Assembly (NCBI GenBank): GCA_013239625.1
Contig: MU053379.1
Span: forward strand, 3,330,866 to 3,394,865
DNA from: Lama guanicoe
Taxonomy: Eukaryota
Direction: 5' to 3'
DNA length: 64,000 bases
Shown here piece after piece: positions 24,510 through 37,200 of the stretch. The notes under the pieces are model-generated. The model was not told the DNA's origin, did not search any database, and was given only the letters and a program-made list of their open reading frames with translations. Both the position numbers and the translations under genes were made by a program. The stretch's first letter is position 1, and every line of letters starts with the position of its first letter.

Positions 24510-25479
24510 CCTGGTTAGAGGTTTATCTGTTTTGTTGATTTTTTTTTTTAAGGACCAGAACCAGCTTTTTGTTTTGTTGATTTTTCTTTATTTTATTGTT
24601 TTCAATTTCATTGATTTCTGCTCTAAATTTTATTATTTCTTCTGCTTATTTTGGATTTAATCGGCTTCTTTTTTCTCATTCCCTAGGGTGGAAGCTTACA
24701 TTATTGATTTTAGATCTTTCTTCTTTTCTAAAACAGGCATTCAGTGCTATAAATTTCTCCATAAGCACTGCTTTCATTGTGTCTTACAGATTTTGATGTT
24801 GTTTTCATTTTCATCCAATTCGAAATATTTTTACATTTCTCTTAATACATGGGTCAAATGAGAAGTCTTATACAGAAATACATTGTTTAAACTCCAAACA
24901 CTTTTAGATTTCCTATTATCTTTCTGTGATTGATGTCTTAGTTTAATTCCATTGTGATCTGAGAGCACACTTACTATGACACTTTTTGTTCTCCTAACTT
25001 TGTTGAGGTGTGTTTTATGACCCAGAATGTGGTTTGTCTTGGCAAATGTTCCACGTGAGCTTCAGAAGAATGTGTATTTTGCTATTGTTGGATGAAGTGT
25101 CCTATAAATGTCAATTAGATCCAGTTGAATAAAGGCGCTCTCCATTCCGCTGTATCCTTGTTGACTGTTTACCTGCTGGACATAGCAGTTACTGATGGAG
25201 TTGTGTTGAAGTGTTCAACTGTAATAGTGGATTTATTTTTTTCTCCTTGCAGTTCTACAGTTTTTGCCCGTGTATTCTGACGCTCTGCCGTTGCATGCGT
25301 ACACGTAGAGGATTTTTATGATACTGTGTTCAGTTTTGGGTGTTTATCCTGCTTGGGGTTCTCCAGCCTTCCTGGATCTCTGGTTTGGTGTCTGTCATTA
25401 ACTTTGGAAAATTCTCAGCCATTATTAATTCAAATGTTCTTCTTTCTCTCTTTCTTCTCCTTCTAGTAGTCTCATTACT

Positions 25480-26200
25480 TTAGTAAGTTTTATAAGAAAC
25501 TTCCAAACTGTCTACCAAAGCAGTTGTACCATTTTGCATTCCTACCAGCAGTGAATGAGAGTTCTTGTTGCTCTACATCCTCACCAGCATTTGGTGTTAC
25601 CAGTGTTCTGGATTTGGACCATTCTCACAGGTGTGCAGTGGTATCTTGTTGTTTCAATTTGCATTTCCCTAATGACACGTGATGTGGAGTATCTTTGCAT
25701 ATGCTTATTTGCCATACGTACATCTTCTTTGTTGAGCTGTCTTAAGGTCTTTGGCCCATTTTTAATTAGGTTGTTAATTTTCTTACTGTTGGGTTTTAAG
25801 AGTTCTTTGTATATTTTGGGTAACAGTCCTTTATCAAATGTGTCTTTTGCAGATATTGTCTCCCAGTATATATGCCTTGTTTTATTCTCTTAACATTGTC
25901 TTTTGCAGAGTAAAAGTTTTTCATTTTAATAAAATCTAGTTTATCATTTATTTCTTTCATGGATCCATGCCTTTGGTGTTGTATCTAAATAGTCATTTCT
26001 ATACCCAAGGTGTGGCCAAACCCTAGGTCTGTCTTCTCTTAGGTTATTTTTTAGGAGCTTTATAGTTTTGTGTCTTATGTTTAGAACTGTGAACCATTTT
26101 GAGTGGATTTTTGTGAACTGTATGAAGTCTGTGTTTAGATTCTTCTTTTTTTTTTTTTTTTTGCATGTGGATGTCCATTTGTTCCAGCATGTGAATGAAA
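25480..26200 (-). mobile_element. LINE-1 ORF2 3' region fragment
   Basis: ccaaagcagttgtaccattttgcattcctaccagcagtgaatgagagttc...tcctcaccagcatttggtgtt, canonical antisense L1 text. Confidence 0.8.
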
Positions 26201-26249
26201 AGTTAACTTTTTTTTGTCTAGTTATCCTTCATTTGAAAATATTTTTATC

Positions 26250-28180
26250 TTTTTTTTATTGTGATACAATTGAAATATAACCTTATATATATATTTCAGG
26301 AGTACAACATAATGATTTGATATTTGTTTACATTGAGAAATGATCACCACAGTAAGGCTAGTAATATCCATCACCACATATAGTTAAACATTTTTTCTTA
26401 CTGTGAAAATTTTAAGGATTTACTGTCTTAGCAGCTTTCAAATATATAATGCTGTGTTGTTAACTGTAGTCACCGTGCTCTACGTTACCGCCTCAGAACT
26501 TATTTATTTTATAACTGGAAGTTTGTACATTTTACTGCCTTACCCATTTGGCCTCCTCCCACCCTTTGCTTACCAAACCACCAATCTGTTCTCTGTATTT
26601 ATTAATTCGGTTTGGGGGGGGGGATTCTTCATATAAGTGAGATCATACAGCATTTGTTTTTCCCTGAGTGACTTGTTTCGCTTAGTATAATGTCCTCAGA
26701 GTCCATCCATGTTATCATAAATTGCAGGGTGACTAATAGTCCCCTGTAAACATATACCACAATTTCTTTATCCATTCATCCATTGATGGACATTTGGGTT
26801 GCTTCCATATCTTGACTATTGTAAATAATGCTTCAGTGAACATAGGGATGCATATATCTTTTCAAGTTAGTGTTTTCATTTCCTTTGGATAAATACCTGG
26901 AAGTGGAATTGCTGGATCATATGGTAGTTCTATCTTTAATTTTTTGAGGAACCGCCATAGTGACTGTACCAATTTACATTCCCACCAGCAGTGCACACGT
27001 GTTCCCTTTTCTCTGTATCCTTGCCAACACTTGTGATTTCTTGCCTTTTTGATGATAGCAATTCTAACAGATGTAAGATGATATCTCACTGTGGTTTTGA
27101 TTTGCATTTCCCTGATTTCTAGTGATGCTGAGCACCTTTTCAGGTACTTGCTGGCTGTCTGTATATCTTCTTTGGAAAGATGTCTATTCAGATTCTCTGC
27201 CCTCTGCTATTAAGTTGTATGAGTTCTTTATATATTTTTTGGACATTGACCCCTTATCAGACATATGATTTACCAATAATTTCTCCTCTTCAGTGGGTTG
27301 CTTTTTAGTTTGTTGCTGGTTTCCTTTGCTGTATAGAATTTTTTTAGTTTGATGTAGACTCACTTGTCTATTTGTGCTTTTGTTGCCTGTGCTTTTGGTG
27401 TCATATCTAAGAAGTCTTTGCCGAGAACAGTGTCAGACAGCTTTTCCCCTGTTTTCTTCTAGGAGTTCTACAACTTCAGGTCTTACAGGTCTTCAATCCA
27501 TTTTGAGTTGATTTTTGTGTGCCGTAACATAAGGGTCCAGTTACATTCTTACATACACATGCATGTAGCTATCCAGTTGTTGACAAGACTGTCGTTTTCC
27601 TATTGTGTATTCTTGACACTCTTGGTAAAGATCAGTTGACTGTGTGCATGGATTTACTCTGTTCCATTGGTCTCTATATCTATATTTATGTCAGTACCAA
27701 ATATTTTGATTACTGTAGCTTTGTAATATGTTTTGAAATCAGGAGGTGTGAGTCCTCCAGCTTTGTTCTTTTTTCTCAACATTATTTTGGCTATTCAGAG
27801 TCCTTTGTGGTTCCGTACGAATTTTAGAATTGTTCTTTCTTTTTCTGTAAAAAATGCCACTGGGATTTTGAGAGATTGCATTGAATCTGTTGGTGACTCA
27901 GGGTAGTGCGGCCATTTTAACAATACTAAGTCTTCCTTTCCATGAACACGAGATGTCACACCATTTGTTTGTGTTTTCTTTAATTTTTTCCAACAGGGTT
28001 TTGTAGTTTTCAGTGTGCAAGTTTTCTGCCTTTTTGGTTAAGTTTATTTTTAAACAGTATCTTGCTCTTTTTGATGCTATTGCAAATGGGGTTATTTTCA
28101 TAATTTCCTTTTTAGATTGTTTGTTGTATAGAAATATCACTGATTTTTGTGTGTGGACTTTGTATCCTGCAGCTCTACTG
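26250..28180 (-). mobile_element. LINE-1 (L1MA-type) 3'UTR and ORF2 C-terminal part
   Basis: Minus ORF 26862..27107 [21 protein letters not shown]...[10 protein letters not shown]...[13 protein letters not shown] is the L1 ORF2 cysteine-rich C-terminus. Confidence 0.92.
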
Positions 28181-28399
28181 AGTCATCAGAGTATAAATGC
28201 ATTTTAAAGCCGGGGCCCTGAGAGGAACGTTAGGAAATAAGCACACGGGAAAGCAGCCCACGGCCTGAGTCCACATCCAAGGTCAGGCAGACCAGAAGGA
28301 ACCAGAAAGGAGTCTGGGAGGAGTCTGCAGTGAAGAGTGAGGAGGACCGAGGCAGGGTTGTACTGCAGATGCCGAGTGGGGTGGTTGGGGTGGGGTTTA

Positions 28400-28712
28400 G
28401 AGAGACTGAGTCACCTTCCCAGGTCACAAAGCTAGCTGGAGATGGAGCTGACACCCAGATTGACTCATGCCCTAGGTCCTCTACTCTGCCACGCAAATCC
28501 CCGCCGAATAGTGCTGTTCCTTCTAAAGCACCAACTCTGTGCCAGGCACTGTGGGGAGACCTTTATTTCTGGTAGTCCAGTCGTTCTGCTGTCATCATCA
28601 TTTTATAGAGGTGGAAACTGAGACACAGAGAGGTTGTGTTCAGAGTCACAGAGTGGCTCAGCATGCTTCGAACTCAGCCGTCTGGGTCCAGAGCCTGCAC
28701 TCTCAACCGTCT
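28400..28712 (-). mobile_element. MIR SINE(s)
   Basis: tgtgccaggcactgtg...cattttatagaggtggaaactgagacacagagaggtt...gtccagagcctgcactctcaacc (MIR core); a second fragment cccaggtcacaaagctag lies just upstream. Confidence 0.75.
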
Positions 28713-30585
28713 CCCAATAACGCTCCACTGCCTGCCTCCCTGAGTCACCAGGAAGGTTGAATAAGGAAGCTCAAGAAGCAAATAGATTGTTTAATTAGGA
28801 AAAGAAAAGAAAACCAAGCAGTGGCAGTTTGGCCTCTGGCTCTGTCCGTGTTGATTTCTGTGCCTTCCAGCCTCAGACAAGCGGACAGCGTGCCCACGCC
28901 TTCCTCCGCCCCGAGGGCTGCGTGCCGAGTTGCTTTGTTCTTTCTCCCCAGGCATACGGCTGAGGGCCAGAGGGAACGCTGCTTTTTAAGGGAAGTCGGA
29001 TGAAAGCCTGGCTTCCTCGAGGCTATGGAAATGCCACCACGTAGATTGACTCTCACCCGGTGATTTTAATTCAGCCCCTCTTGAAAGGTAAATACAGGAG
29101 GGAAGTTGTCGCATCTGAGGAAGGCTTACTCCTGGAAACCATGTCACCTGGAGTAATGGGCCACAACCGTGTCCTTCCAGAACTTACCCAGAGCTCATGT
29201 GAAGAGGGGCTGGAAGCGCGGTTATGAAGTCAGCGTCCTGCAGGTGTCTGTTCTCAGCTGCTTTTGTCCTTCACTGTCACTTGTTTTTCTCTGCCCCTCG
29301 ACACAGGTGCCCCCCTGAGCTTTTTCTTGTCACCCCACATGTTCTGGCGTCTGTTCCCAAAGTCAGGTCGTGCATTGCACTTTTGGAAAACTAACCCGGT
29401 GCCGGCGGGGCAGGGGCAGGGGTGCTCGCTCTGTCCGCGCGTCCTTCTCCAGTCGTGTCTGTGCCTCCCCTGTTAGCTCGCCTATTTTGAACTGAAAAAT
29501 CTGAGGCTTTTCCTTATTTGAGTTTAAATTTTTTAAAGGTTCATAACCAGGTTTCTAAGAGGGAGGTAATCCTGAGACCTGATTGTCAGCCAGGTAGGCA
29601 GTAACTACAGCCGTTGTCACCACATGTTGTGTGCGTGCAGATGTTAAAAGAAGTCTCCATTGGCCAACCCCAGCCCTCATTAGAGGCTGCTAGCCTCGGT
29701 TAGAAGAGGGGTGACCTGGAGCGAGGGCCAGGGTAACACTGAGGACTCATGACAGTTACATCCTGAAGAGCTTTCACCAGTGACAGGCTGGCTTGTGAAA
29801 TTTCCCGCAAATTTTGTTCTGTTACTTGTCCCAGTTCTTAAGTGCTTATATGTATACGCAGGTTTTCATTTATTTTGGGTAAGTTTTGAAAATGTGTAGT
29901 GTACCAGAAAGAGATCCATTTTCTAAGTTTTCAAATTTATGAGCATATTATATTTTAGAATTTTTCCTGTGTCAATAATCATGTATCATGTTCCCTTATT
30001 TCTTTTTCTTTTTTTTGGAATGGTCAGCCGTGTAGTCTGACATGTGTACACACTGCAGAGTGATCGTTGTCGCGCCCCCCGTACAGTTGACCCCCTTCAC
30101 ACATTTTCCCCCATTCCACTTCTGCCCTAATCTGATCCACTAATCTAATCTCTGTGTCTGTGAGGTTTTTTCTTTTCTTTGTTTCATGTCCCCTCTTTTC
30201 ATTTATAATTTTTTGTCTGCCCTAGTTTTTCATCAAATCCTGCATGATATTTGTCTATTTTATTTTTTCAAATAACCAGATTTGATCCCATCTGTTGCTT
30301 TAAAAAAATCTCTTTCATTTCTGTTATCTTTATTACTCCCTTTTTACTTTCCTCGGTTACACTATGTGGTTCTTTTTCTGACTTGAGTTGAATGCCTAAT
30401 TTCCAGTCTTCCTCATTTTCAAGCATATGTTCTGAAGGCTTTGAATTTCCCTTGACGTACTACGTTTCTGCACCCCACGGGTCCCCACAAGTAACACTGT
30501 TGGTGTCATTCAGTTTGATAAGTTTAATTATCTAAATGTTTACAAGGATTATACTTTTAAATAGGCATTATTTAAAAATGATTTT

Positions 30586-30651
30586 GGGGGTTAGTGTAGA
30601 TCAGTGCTTAGTATGAACAAAGTCCTGGGTTCAATCCAGGAAAAAAGAAAA
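30586..30651 (+). mobile_element. Degenerate or internally deleted camelid tRNA-derived SINE
   Basis: tgcttagtatgaacaaagtcctgggttcaatcc plus A-rich tail, same family as 43660; followed by a (TTTTTG)n tract to about 30692. Confidence 0.6.
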
Positions 30652-33600
30652 GTTTTTTTGTTTTTTGTTTTTTGTTTTTTGTTTTTTGTTTTCAGTTTCT
30701 AAACATATTGGGGGAAAGGAGGACTGTCTTTTCATCACAGATTTCCAATTTTATCACATTTTTGGCAGAATGTGCTCTAAACAACAACTTTGTTGATTGG
30801 CTGTAGCCAGTTTTTTTCAGATGCCTGTGGATGCTTGAAAAGACTGTACCGTGAAGTCTTCGTTGGGTGTGGGGTTCTGCGTGTCCCCATGAGCTCAAGC
30901 TGGCTGACTCCATAGTTCTAATTACCTGGATATTTACTAAATTTCATTTGATCTGTAAGTTTCTAACCTTTCAAAATCTATTATGAATTAATATTTTTAC
31001 ACTCTTCCAGGACAATGTAAATACCTTAGATACTGTATCTTCATTATTCCCTGTGGGTCTGTTTGTATTTTCTTTTATTTCTCTGTTTTTAATCACTCTG
31101 TCTTGTTTTTCTCAACTCTCTTGTCATTTCTTATTGGATGTTGTACAGGAGCGTTTTGGAGTGACTGGAGGCCTAGAGCCCTCTTCCTCTAAAGAGGGTT
31201 TACGTTTGCTCCTCGCAGCGTCTGAGGCAGAAGCCGACCTGGTTCATTTTCATCCAGGTGAAGACTGAGATGATCTGAAGCCAGGCTTCAGTCCCTCTGA
31301 GGACCAGACAATTTCTGTCTCACCATTATCTGTAGGAAGTGGCCCTTTGCATTTCCAGCTCCAAATGTGGGTGATTTATTAAGGTTCCTTTTCCTTGGTG
31401 GTCCTGGACTCGAATTTTTATTCTCCTACTCTCTGGGGTCATTTGGAGCTCCACTCAGCTTCTCACACTGCCAGCTGCCTTCTCAGAAACTGACACATGC
31501 CCTTCAAAGAAAAGGAGCTCCAAAAATTACTCATCTCTCTCAATTTCCTTTCTCCCTAGACTTTGATTCTTTGATTCTTTACTACTTTCTCTCTCGAGTG
31601 CTGTCAAAGACGCGTTTTGTGTTTGCTGTTCTTAGTGCAGAGACTGCTGCGCTACCTGGATGGCGCTGCAGGAAGCTTGCCACGTGCACCGTGTAAGGTA
31701 AATGCTGCTGTGGAAGTACGGCAGGCGTGCAGAAAAGGGCGTGAGTCTGGGGGGGTGCCGCTCGATTGACTGTCACGGAGCGCATACCCCGTAGCCTCGC
31801 CCAGGGAAGAAACAGCGTCGACGCCCGAGGCCGCCCCGACCAGCCCCGCGCCCCTTGCCTGCTTCCCCCTCACAGTAACTGCTGCTGGACTGCGCCTTCC
31901 TGTCTGAAGGCCTCAGAAACCAGGTCTCATTCGGTCCCTTTCAGGTTTAATGGTGAAGTGCATAGTTTGGCCAAGTCGTTTCTAGTTTAGTTTGCCTTCA
32001 CCTCTTAAGTCTCGCCCGGGGCTGGCTTTCTCCTCTTCCGTCTCGTCTCTCTCCCTGTCATGAGCCCTCTCACGTCTGTTAACAGTTTGTCCCTTTAGAC
32101 TGTGCACAATGCTTGCTTGTTTTCCTGTGTGTGGTTTCTCGAAAGCCTTCCAAACTCATGACCATCTGCTGACACACAGAATATGCAGTTTCAGAATGTG
32201 GCTGTGCTTTATGCCTATTTATGAAAAAGTACCCGGAATATGAACCTGTTCCCTTTATTTCTCCTGTCGGGCTAGCCCTGCCCCTAGTTCCCTGTCTTTA
32301 ACTAGAGGTAACCACCAGGAACAAATCAGGAATTTACCTGTTTGGCTGGGGTTGTTCTCTTGCTCTCTCCTTGGCCAGACATGCTGAGAATTGGCAGGAA
32401 GAATGGCAGAGCTGCGACCTTTGGTGGCTGTGACCTTGGCTCTCCTTTTGGCTAGTACCGCGTTGACTAACTGGACTTGACCTCTGAGCTCTCCTTTATT
32501 GCCTTCATCAGGTTTGGTTTTTGGCACAAGCACCTGGTACAGTGGCTGGCACGTGTTGGCAGTTTGATAGTTAATTGATAATGAATGGTGCTGTGATGGG
32601 ATGGTTCCAGAAGTCAAGACTCAGGGAAATATGTGAGGTGAAACAGGAGTGGCCAACCCCCATTTTTTTAAAATTAGAAATGAACTTGGCTTCTGCTGCT
32701 CCTACTTCTAACTCTTGGTGTTTGGTAAATTTAATTTCTAGCATCAGAGAATCAGAATCATGACAAAATGGGCATTTTACTTACTCACCCTTTTTCACTG
32801 AGAAGTGTTGGGTGTCATGCCTTAAGTATGACTGTGTTGAGCATCAGGACACAAGGTCACTGATAAGGCCCCAGAACGCAGGGTCCAGCCAGAAAATAAT
32901 CATCCAAATGGGTGTGATAAAAGTTTTCCTAAAAAGGGGGATACCTTCCAGAAACAAGATAATCAGAGTTGAAAATTTATCTTAAAGGAAAGTATAGTCT
33001 AACCGCTGAGGGAGCGTCTGAGCAGGCTGTGTGAGTAGCTGTCAGCCTGCAGCCGGGTCGGGAGGCTGGAGGCAGGACCGGGGAGTCACGGGCTCAGCAC
33101 TGCTCTGGGGCCAGGGAGCCGAGTCCAGCGGGGATGACGTGGGGTGGGACAGTAGCGTTTTACCACACTTCCCCTTGGCCTGCCTGACATCTTTAATATC
33201 AACATGTTAGGGACAGGTTTAGGGGGTCAGTGAGCTTGATACACTACTAGTGATCATAATCCCAGCCGGAATCACCTTTGAGCACTTCGTACACCGTATC
33301 TCGCTGACTGCAGCATCCCTGTGTCGTGGAGCTATCGTTACCTACATCTGCTGATGGGCGCCTGAAATCTCCCCCTGCGACCGTGCGCCGGTGAGCCAAG
33401 TTCTCCTGCACCCCGGGCCAGCTTTCTGGGTTTGGTGGCCCCAGAGCTCCCTCTCCTGTTGCTCTCCCAGAATGTTGATGGGGCGGCCTCTTACTTTCTT
33501 AGACCTCTTGGTTCTCTCCCCTCCTCACTTTAAGTGGAAAGATTCTTTTTTCAGCCCTTTATTGTTCCAGTTTTGACCAATTTAGAGCTCACTCCCAGTG

Positions 33601-34249
33601 ATTTCTTCTCAAGGCAGAATGCTGCTGTGAGACTCCAGGGCTCAGGGCCCAGACTGGCCCGCACCCTGCAGGCCCTTCTCTGCACCCTTGGGACAGCCCT
33701 ACGGGCCTGCTTCCAGACTGGCTCTCCCCACTCCACCTGCTGGTCCTTCGGGTGGTGCCACTGAGGGTTTGGTGTTCTTGCGTCCTCAGGAACGTCACAT
33801 GTCCCTTGCTGCCCCTCCTCTACCAAGCAAGATGGAGGGGAGGGGAGGGAGGGGTGAAGGAGACGGAGTTGGGGTAGATGTGTCGCAGACCCGCTCCTCT
33901 GCCAGCGATTGGGCTGAATCCTGCTGGGGGTGTCGCAGAACTGGGCCTCTTTCCGTACAGATTTGAGATGGAAAAGTAGTTTATTCTGAGTGGAACAAGT
34001 TTACCCTTGGTTTCAGAAGTTGGAGGGAGACTCTGGGAGTCAGGCCCCAGTTGTCTTAAGACCCAGGTAAGGTAGGAGAGACCGGAATGTGGCAGGTTTC
34101 CAAGAAAAAGGGGCCAACAGCCAGCAGGCCTCGGGGGACGCCGTGGGCAGGTGTTGCCATCAGTGAGCCCGGCTGGCTGGAGTCCCCCAGCCCAGGCCCC
34201 AGAGGCAGCTGTGGAAGCCCCCCTGGGGTAGTCTTTCTGCCACCAGCGG

Positions 34250-34278
34250 ACACTGCAGAGGGCGCCCTCTGCAGGCCT
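34250..34278. promoter_or_regulatory. Candidate CTCF site within a perfect 22-bp palindrome
   Basis: Minus strand reads GGCCTGCAGAGGGCGC, close to the CTCF core CCASYAGRKGGCRS; the palindrome creates a weaker overlapping copy on the plus strand. Confidence 0.5.
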
Positions 34279-37200
34279 GGCGGGGCTCAGCAGGGGGCAG
34301 GCCATTACGCCAGCTCGGGGCTGGGAGGGATGCAGGAGACTGGTGAGGCCTGGTCCCCTCCTCCAGCCTGTGCTGCCTTGTTGAGGTGCCTGAGCTGAGA
34401 TACGAGTGCCAAGAGCCTCGTCGAGACGCCAAGGAGGCAGAAGGGAATTCTCTGTTCCGGGGTCTCTGTCAGGAGCAAGGACAGCCTTTGGTGGCTGTCC
34501 CGTCCCCTCTACTGACCCCAGTGCTGTCCCGGGCCGGCTCCGCGCACGTCACCGGCAGAAGTCACGGTAATGGGCTGAGATGGAAGCAGCCTTTTTTGCA
34601 AAAAGCCAGACCGTAAACATTCCCTCCTCTCCCCGCCTCCCCGTCCCTGTGCCCCCAAGTGTCAGCTCCGGGGTGGTATAGGAGCAGCCGGTGGAGGATG
34701 CCAGGCGATGCCCTTGGCTGCAGCTTCTCCTTCCCTTCCTGGGCTCCATTCCCTCAGGGTCACTGTCCAGACACAGCATGTCTCCACTGCTCTGACCACG
34801 CCATGTGCCCACGCCCTGCGTGGTCCCGGGAGCACAGGTGTGCTCCCAGCTCGTACCTGGATCCTGTGCCCACCTGGAGCCCCACCCAAGGTGGATGAGT
34901 TCCAGTGGGGACGGGGTCCTCAGAGCAAGGCTGAGATGCAGCCTGGGGGTTGGGGGCAATCTGCACACTTTCCTCCTCTCTGTTGCTTATGGCTCACGGT
35001 ACTTCCAGTGTTTCACTTCTGTTCCTCACTTCTGAAGAGCAGACTTTGAGCCGTTGGTGGCGGGCTTCTGGGAGAACCAAATTCGTTTTAAGGTGGAATT
35101 AGAAAAGGAAGACTCAAGCTGGATGCCTGCGTGGGCAGGCCTCCCCCAGCGAGGACTCTGTGGGGAGTGCGTGCGGTAGGCCAAGCAGGTAAAACAGCTG
35201 GAAGCCAAAAGTGAAGCAGAAGTGAGCGCTTAGTATGCTTTCTTGTACTTTTGTACTTCATCGCACCGTGGGGAGTCCTGGTTGGGAGACGGACAGTGGT
35301 ACCTTCACGTCCCAGGGGTGTGAGCAGGCGTTCTAAGTCCTAGTCTTTCATGGCTGTCTGCTAGCTGTCTCACTTTTTCTCACTACCTTCCTTCGTCAGT
35401 GTAAGTTCATTTTAATTTGCATGTCATTTTGATGGACTGAATGTCTGTGTGAGTCTGCTGCTTGGGAGTAGATGTTTTCCAGCCTTCACTCTCAGAGCAG
35501 GGAGGGCTTTTTCTGAGCCAAGTGGGGAGCTGGAGCCCCCAGAGCTCCCAAGGGGAAAGCGCGCTGAGACCAAGGGCCCTGCAGCCGCCACCGGGGTCCC
35601 CGGCCACTCAGGGCGCGTCCTGGCTTCAGGCTGGGTGTCCCTGTTGAAGGGCAGAGGGAAACACCCATGAGAAATTCCGGCCTTCCAGTGGCTCCTTAAG
35701 GAACTTAAAGGAAAGAAAGAAAGAAAGGCGGCCTGGGAGAGGGACTAGTTCTGAGAATTGAAATGGGGCAGGATCAGGTCTGTTTTGAAGCCAACGAGGG
35801 GGAAAAGGCACGGGTTTGCTCACGCAGCAGGATGTTAGCGCACAGGGCGGGACGGCGCCGCGAAGCCCAGCCCGCGGTCCAGCTGTCGGCCTGGTTGCTC
35901 TGTCTCCAGGTGAAGAGAAGGGGCCCTTGTTTCCCCGGGAAAGAGAGGAGCCTTGTTTGCTGACCCCTGGTCCCGGCCTGCTGAGGACCGCCCCTCCTCT
36001 GGCCTTTGTCCTCGGTCCCCTCCCCACCCCCCTCCTGGCTTTGTGCGCCCTTCAAGTGGCCCCCTGGGAGGGACCACCCAGGGGGCTGCACAATGGGGCT
36101 GAGGTTGCCATCAAAACATGGGCCTGGAGGCCAGCCTGTGAAAAGAGAAGCGCTGTTGAGCTGTGTGTGTCTGTCCTTCCTACAGCCGTCTCGTGTGCAG
36201 ACAGAGCCCCTGATGAGCTTCACTGTGGCCACACGTACAGCTGCTCCAGCAGGCGGCCGGCGGGCTGGACAGGGTGGCTTCCAGTGTGTGTTCCCAGGGC
36301 GCTCATTCTGGATGCGGTTTATACGTTCACACGTCTGGATTCCTGGTCGGGAAGTTTGATATCAGAGCAAACAAATCGCGCTGCCTTGATGAAACTGTTT
36401 TATCAGCCGTCCTCAGAGTTGGAGGCTGGCGTTGCTCTTGGGTGAAATTTGTCTTTGATTTTGCTGAACAAAAGCTGGCAGCCCGGAATTCAGCCCTCAA
36501 CAGCATTTACACCTCTGTAAAGGGATTAGCTCAGGCCGATTGTTACCCTGTTTAAATCTCAATTTGCATCTTCATGGAAGCGGCGCTTCTCTGGGCCTCT
36601 CTGCTTCTCAGCTGTGTTTGGTACCTGTGGGTGGGAGGTCAGGGAGGTTTTCTCTGGTTGGTGTAGGTGCTAAATTGCTTCGGGAGGACCAGTGAGCGAC
36701 ACACATTCAGTTGGCGGCTCAGGCTTTGACTGACAGCCGTCGGCTCCGGTTCGTTAGTTACATTTTGCAGCAGTTGTGGGCTTTGAGTGTTTGGTGCGTG
36801 AATGCATTCTGTTACTTGTGCTTAAACTTAAGAACCTTCATGGGTCTTAGGAGAGTTTTAAATGTTGTTCATCATAATCAACGAATTTCCTTGGGAATTA
36901 AGTGCAGAAAACCAGACCTAGGAACCGATGAAATGGTAGTTTAAAAATCATCTTTTCTATCCAGACCATGTGTTCTTAGTATAAAGATCAAAGCCACCTT
37001 ATGTTTTGGAAGGAAGGTGGGACCGAAGCCAAGAGGAGAAAGAAGTTGCGTTTCCAGCCTGGGGGTTTCTGCGAGTTGCGGCGGCCCAGAGGGGCAGGTC
37101 GCCCGGTCGCCTCTTCCCACCTGATGTGTTGGGTTATTCCTCAGTTACAGGCTCACACGCACGGCCACCCCTACAGTGATGTCTGTTTGTTGTTGCTCAT

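Larger units (their letters stand above)
21245..25478 (-). mobile_element. Old LINE-1 (L1MB/L1MC-like): 3'UTR, degraded ORF2 and an ORF1 remnant; hosts a SINE and an MLT1A
   Basis: Minus-strand fragments [11 protein letters not shown]...[40 protein letters not shown] are L1 ORF2 motifs. Confidence 0.88.

Noticed and set aside
35816..36445. 209-aa ORF and the many other overlapping 60-180 aa ORFs in the GC-rich half
   Set aside because: No recognisable domain, Pro/Gly/Arg/Ala-rich, open on both strands; expected from stop-codon scarcity at high GC.
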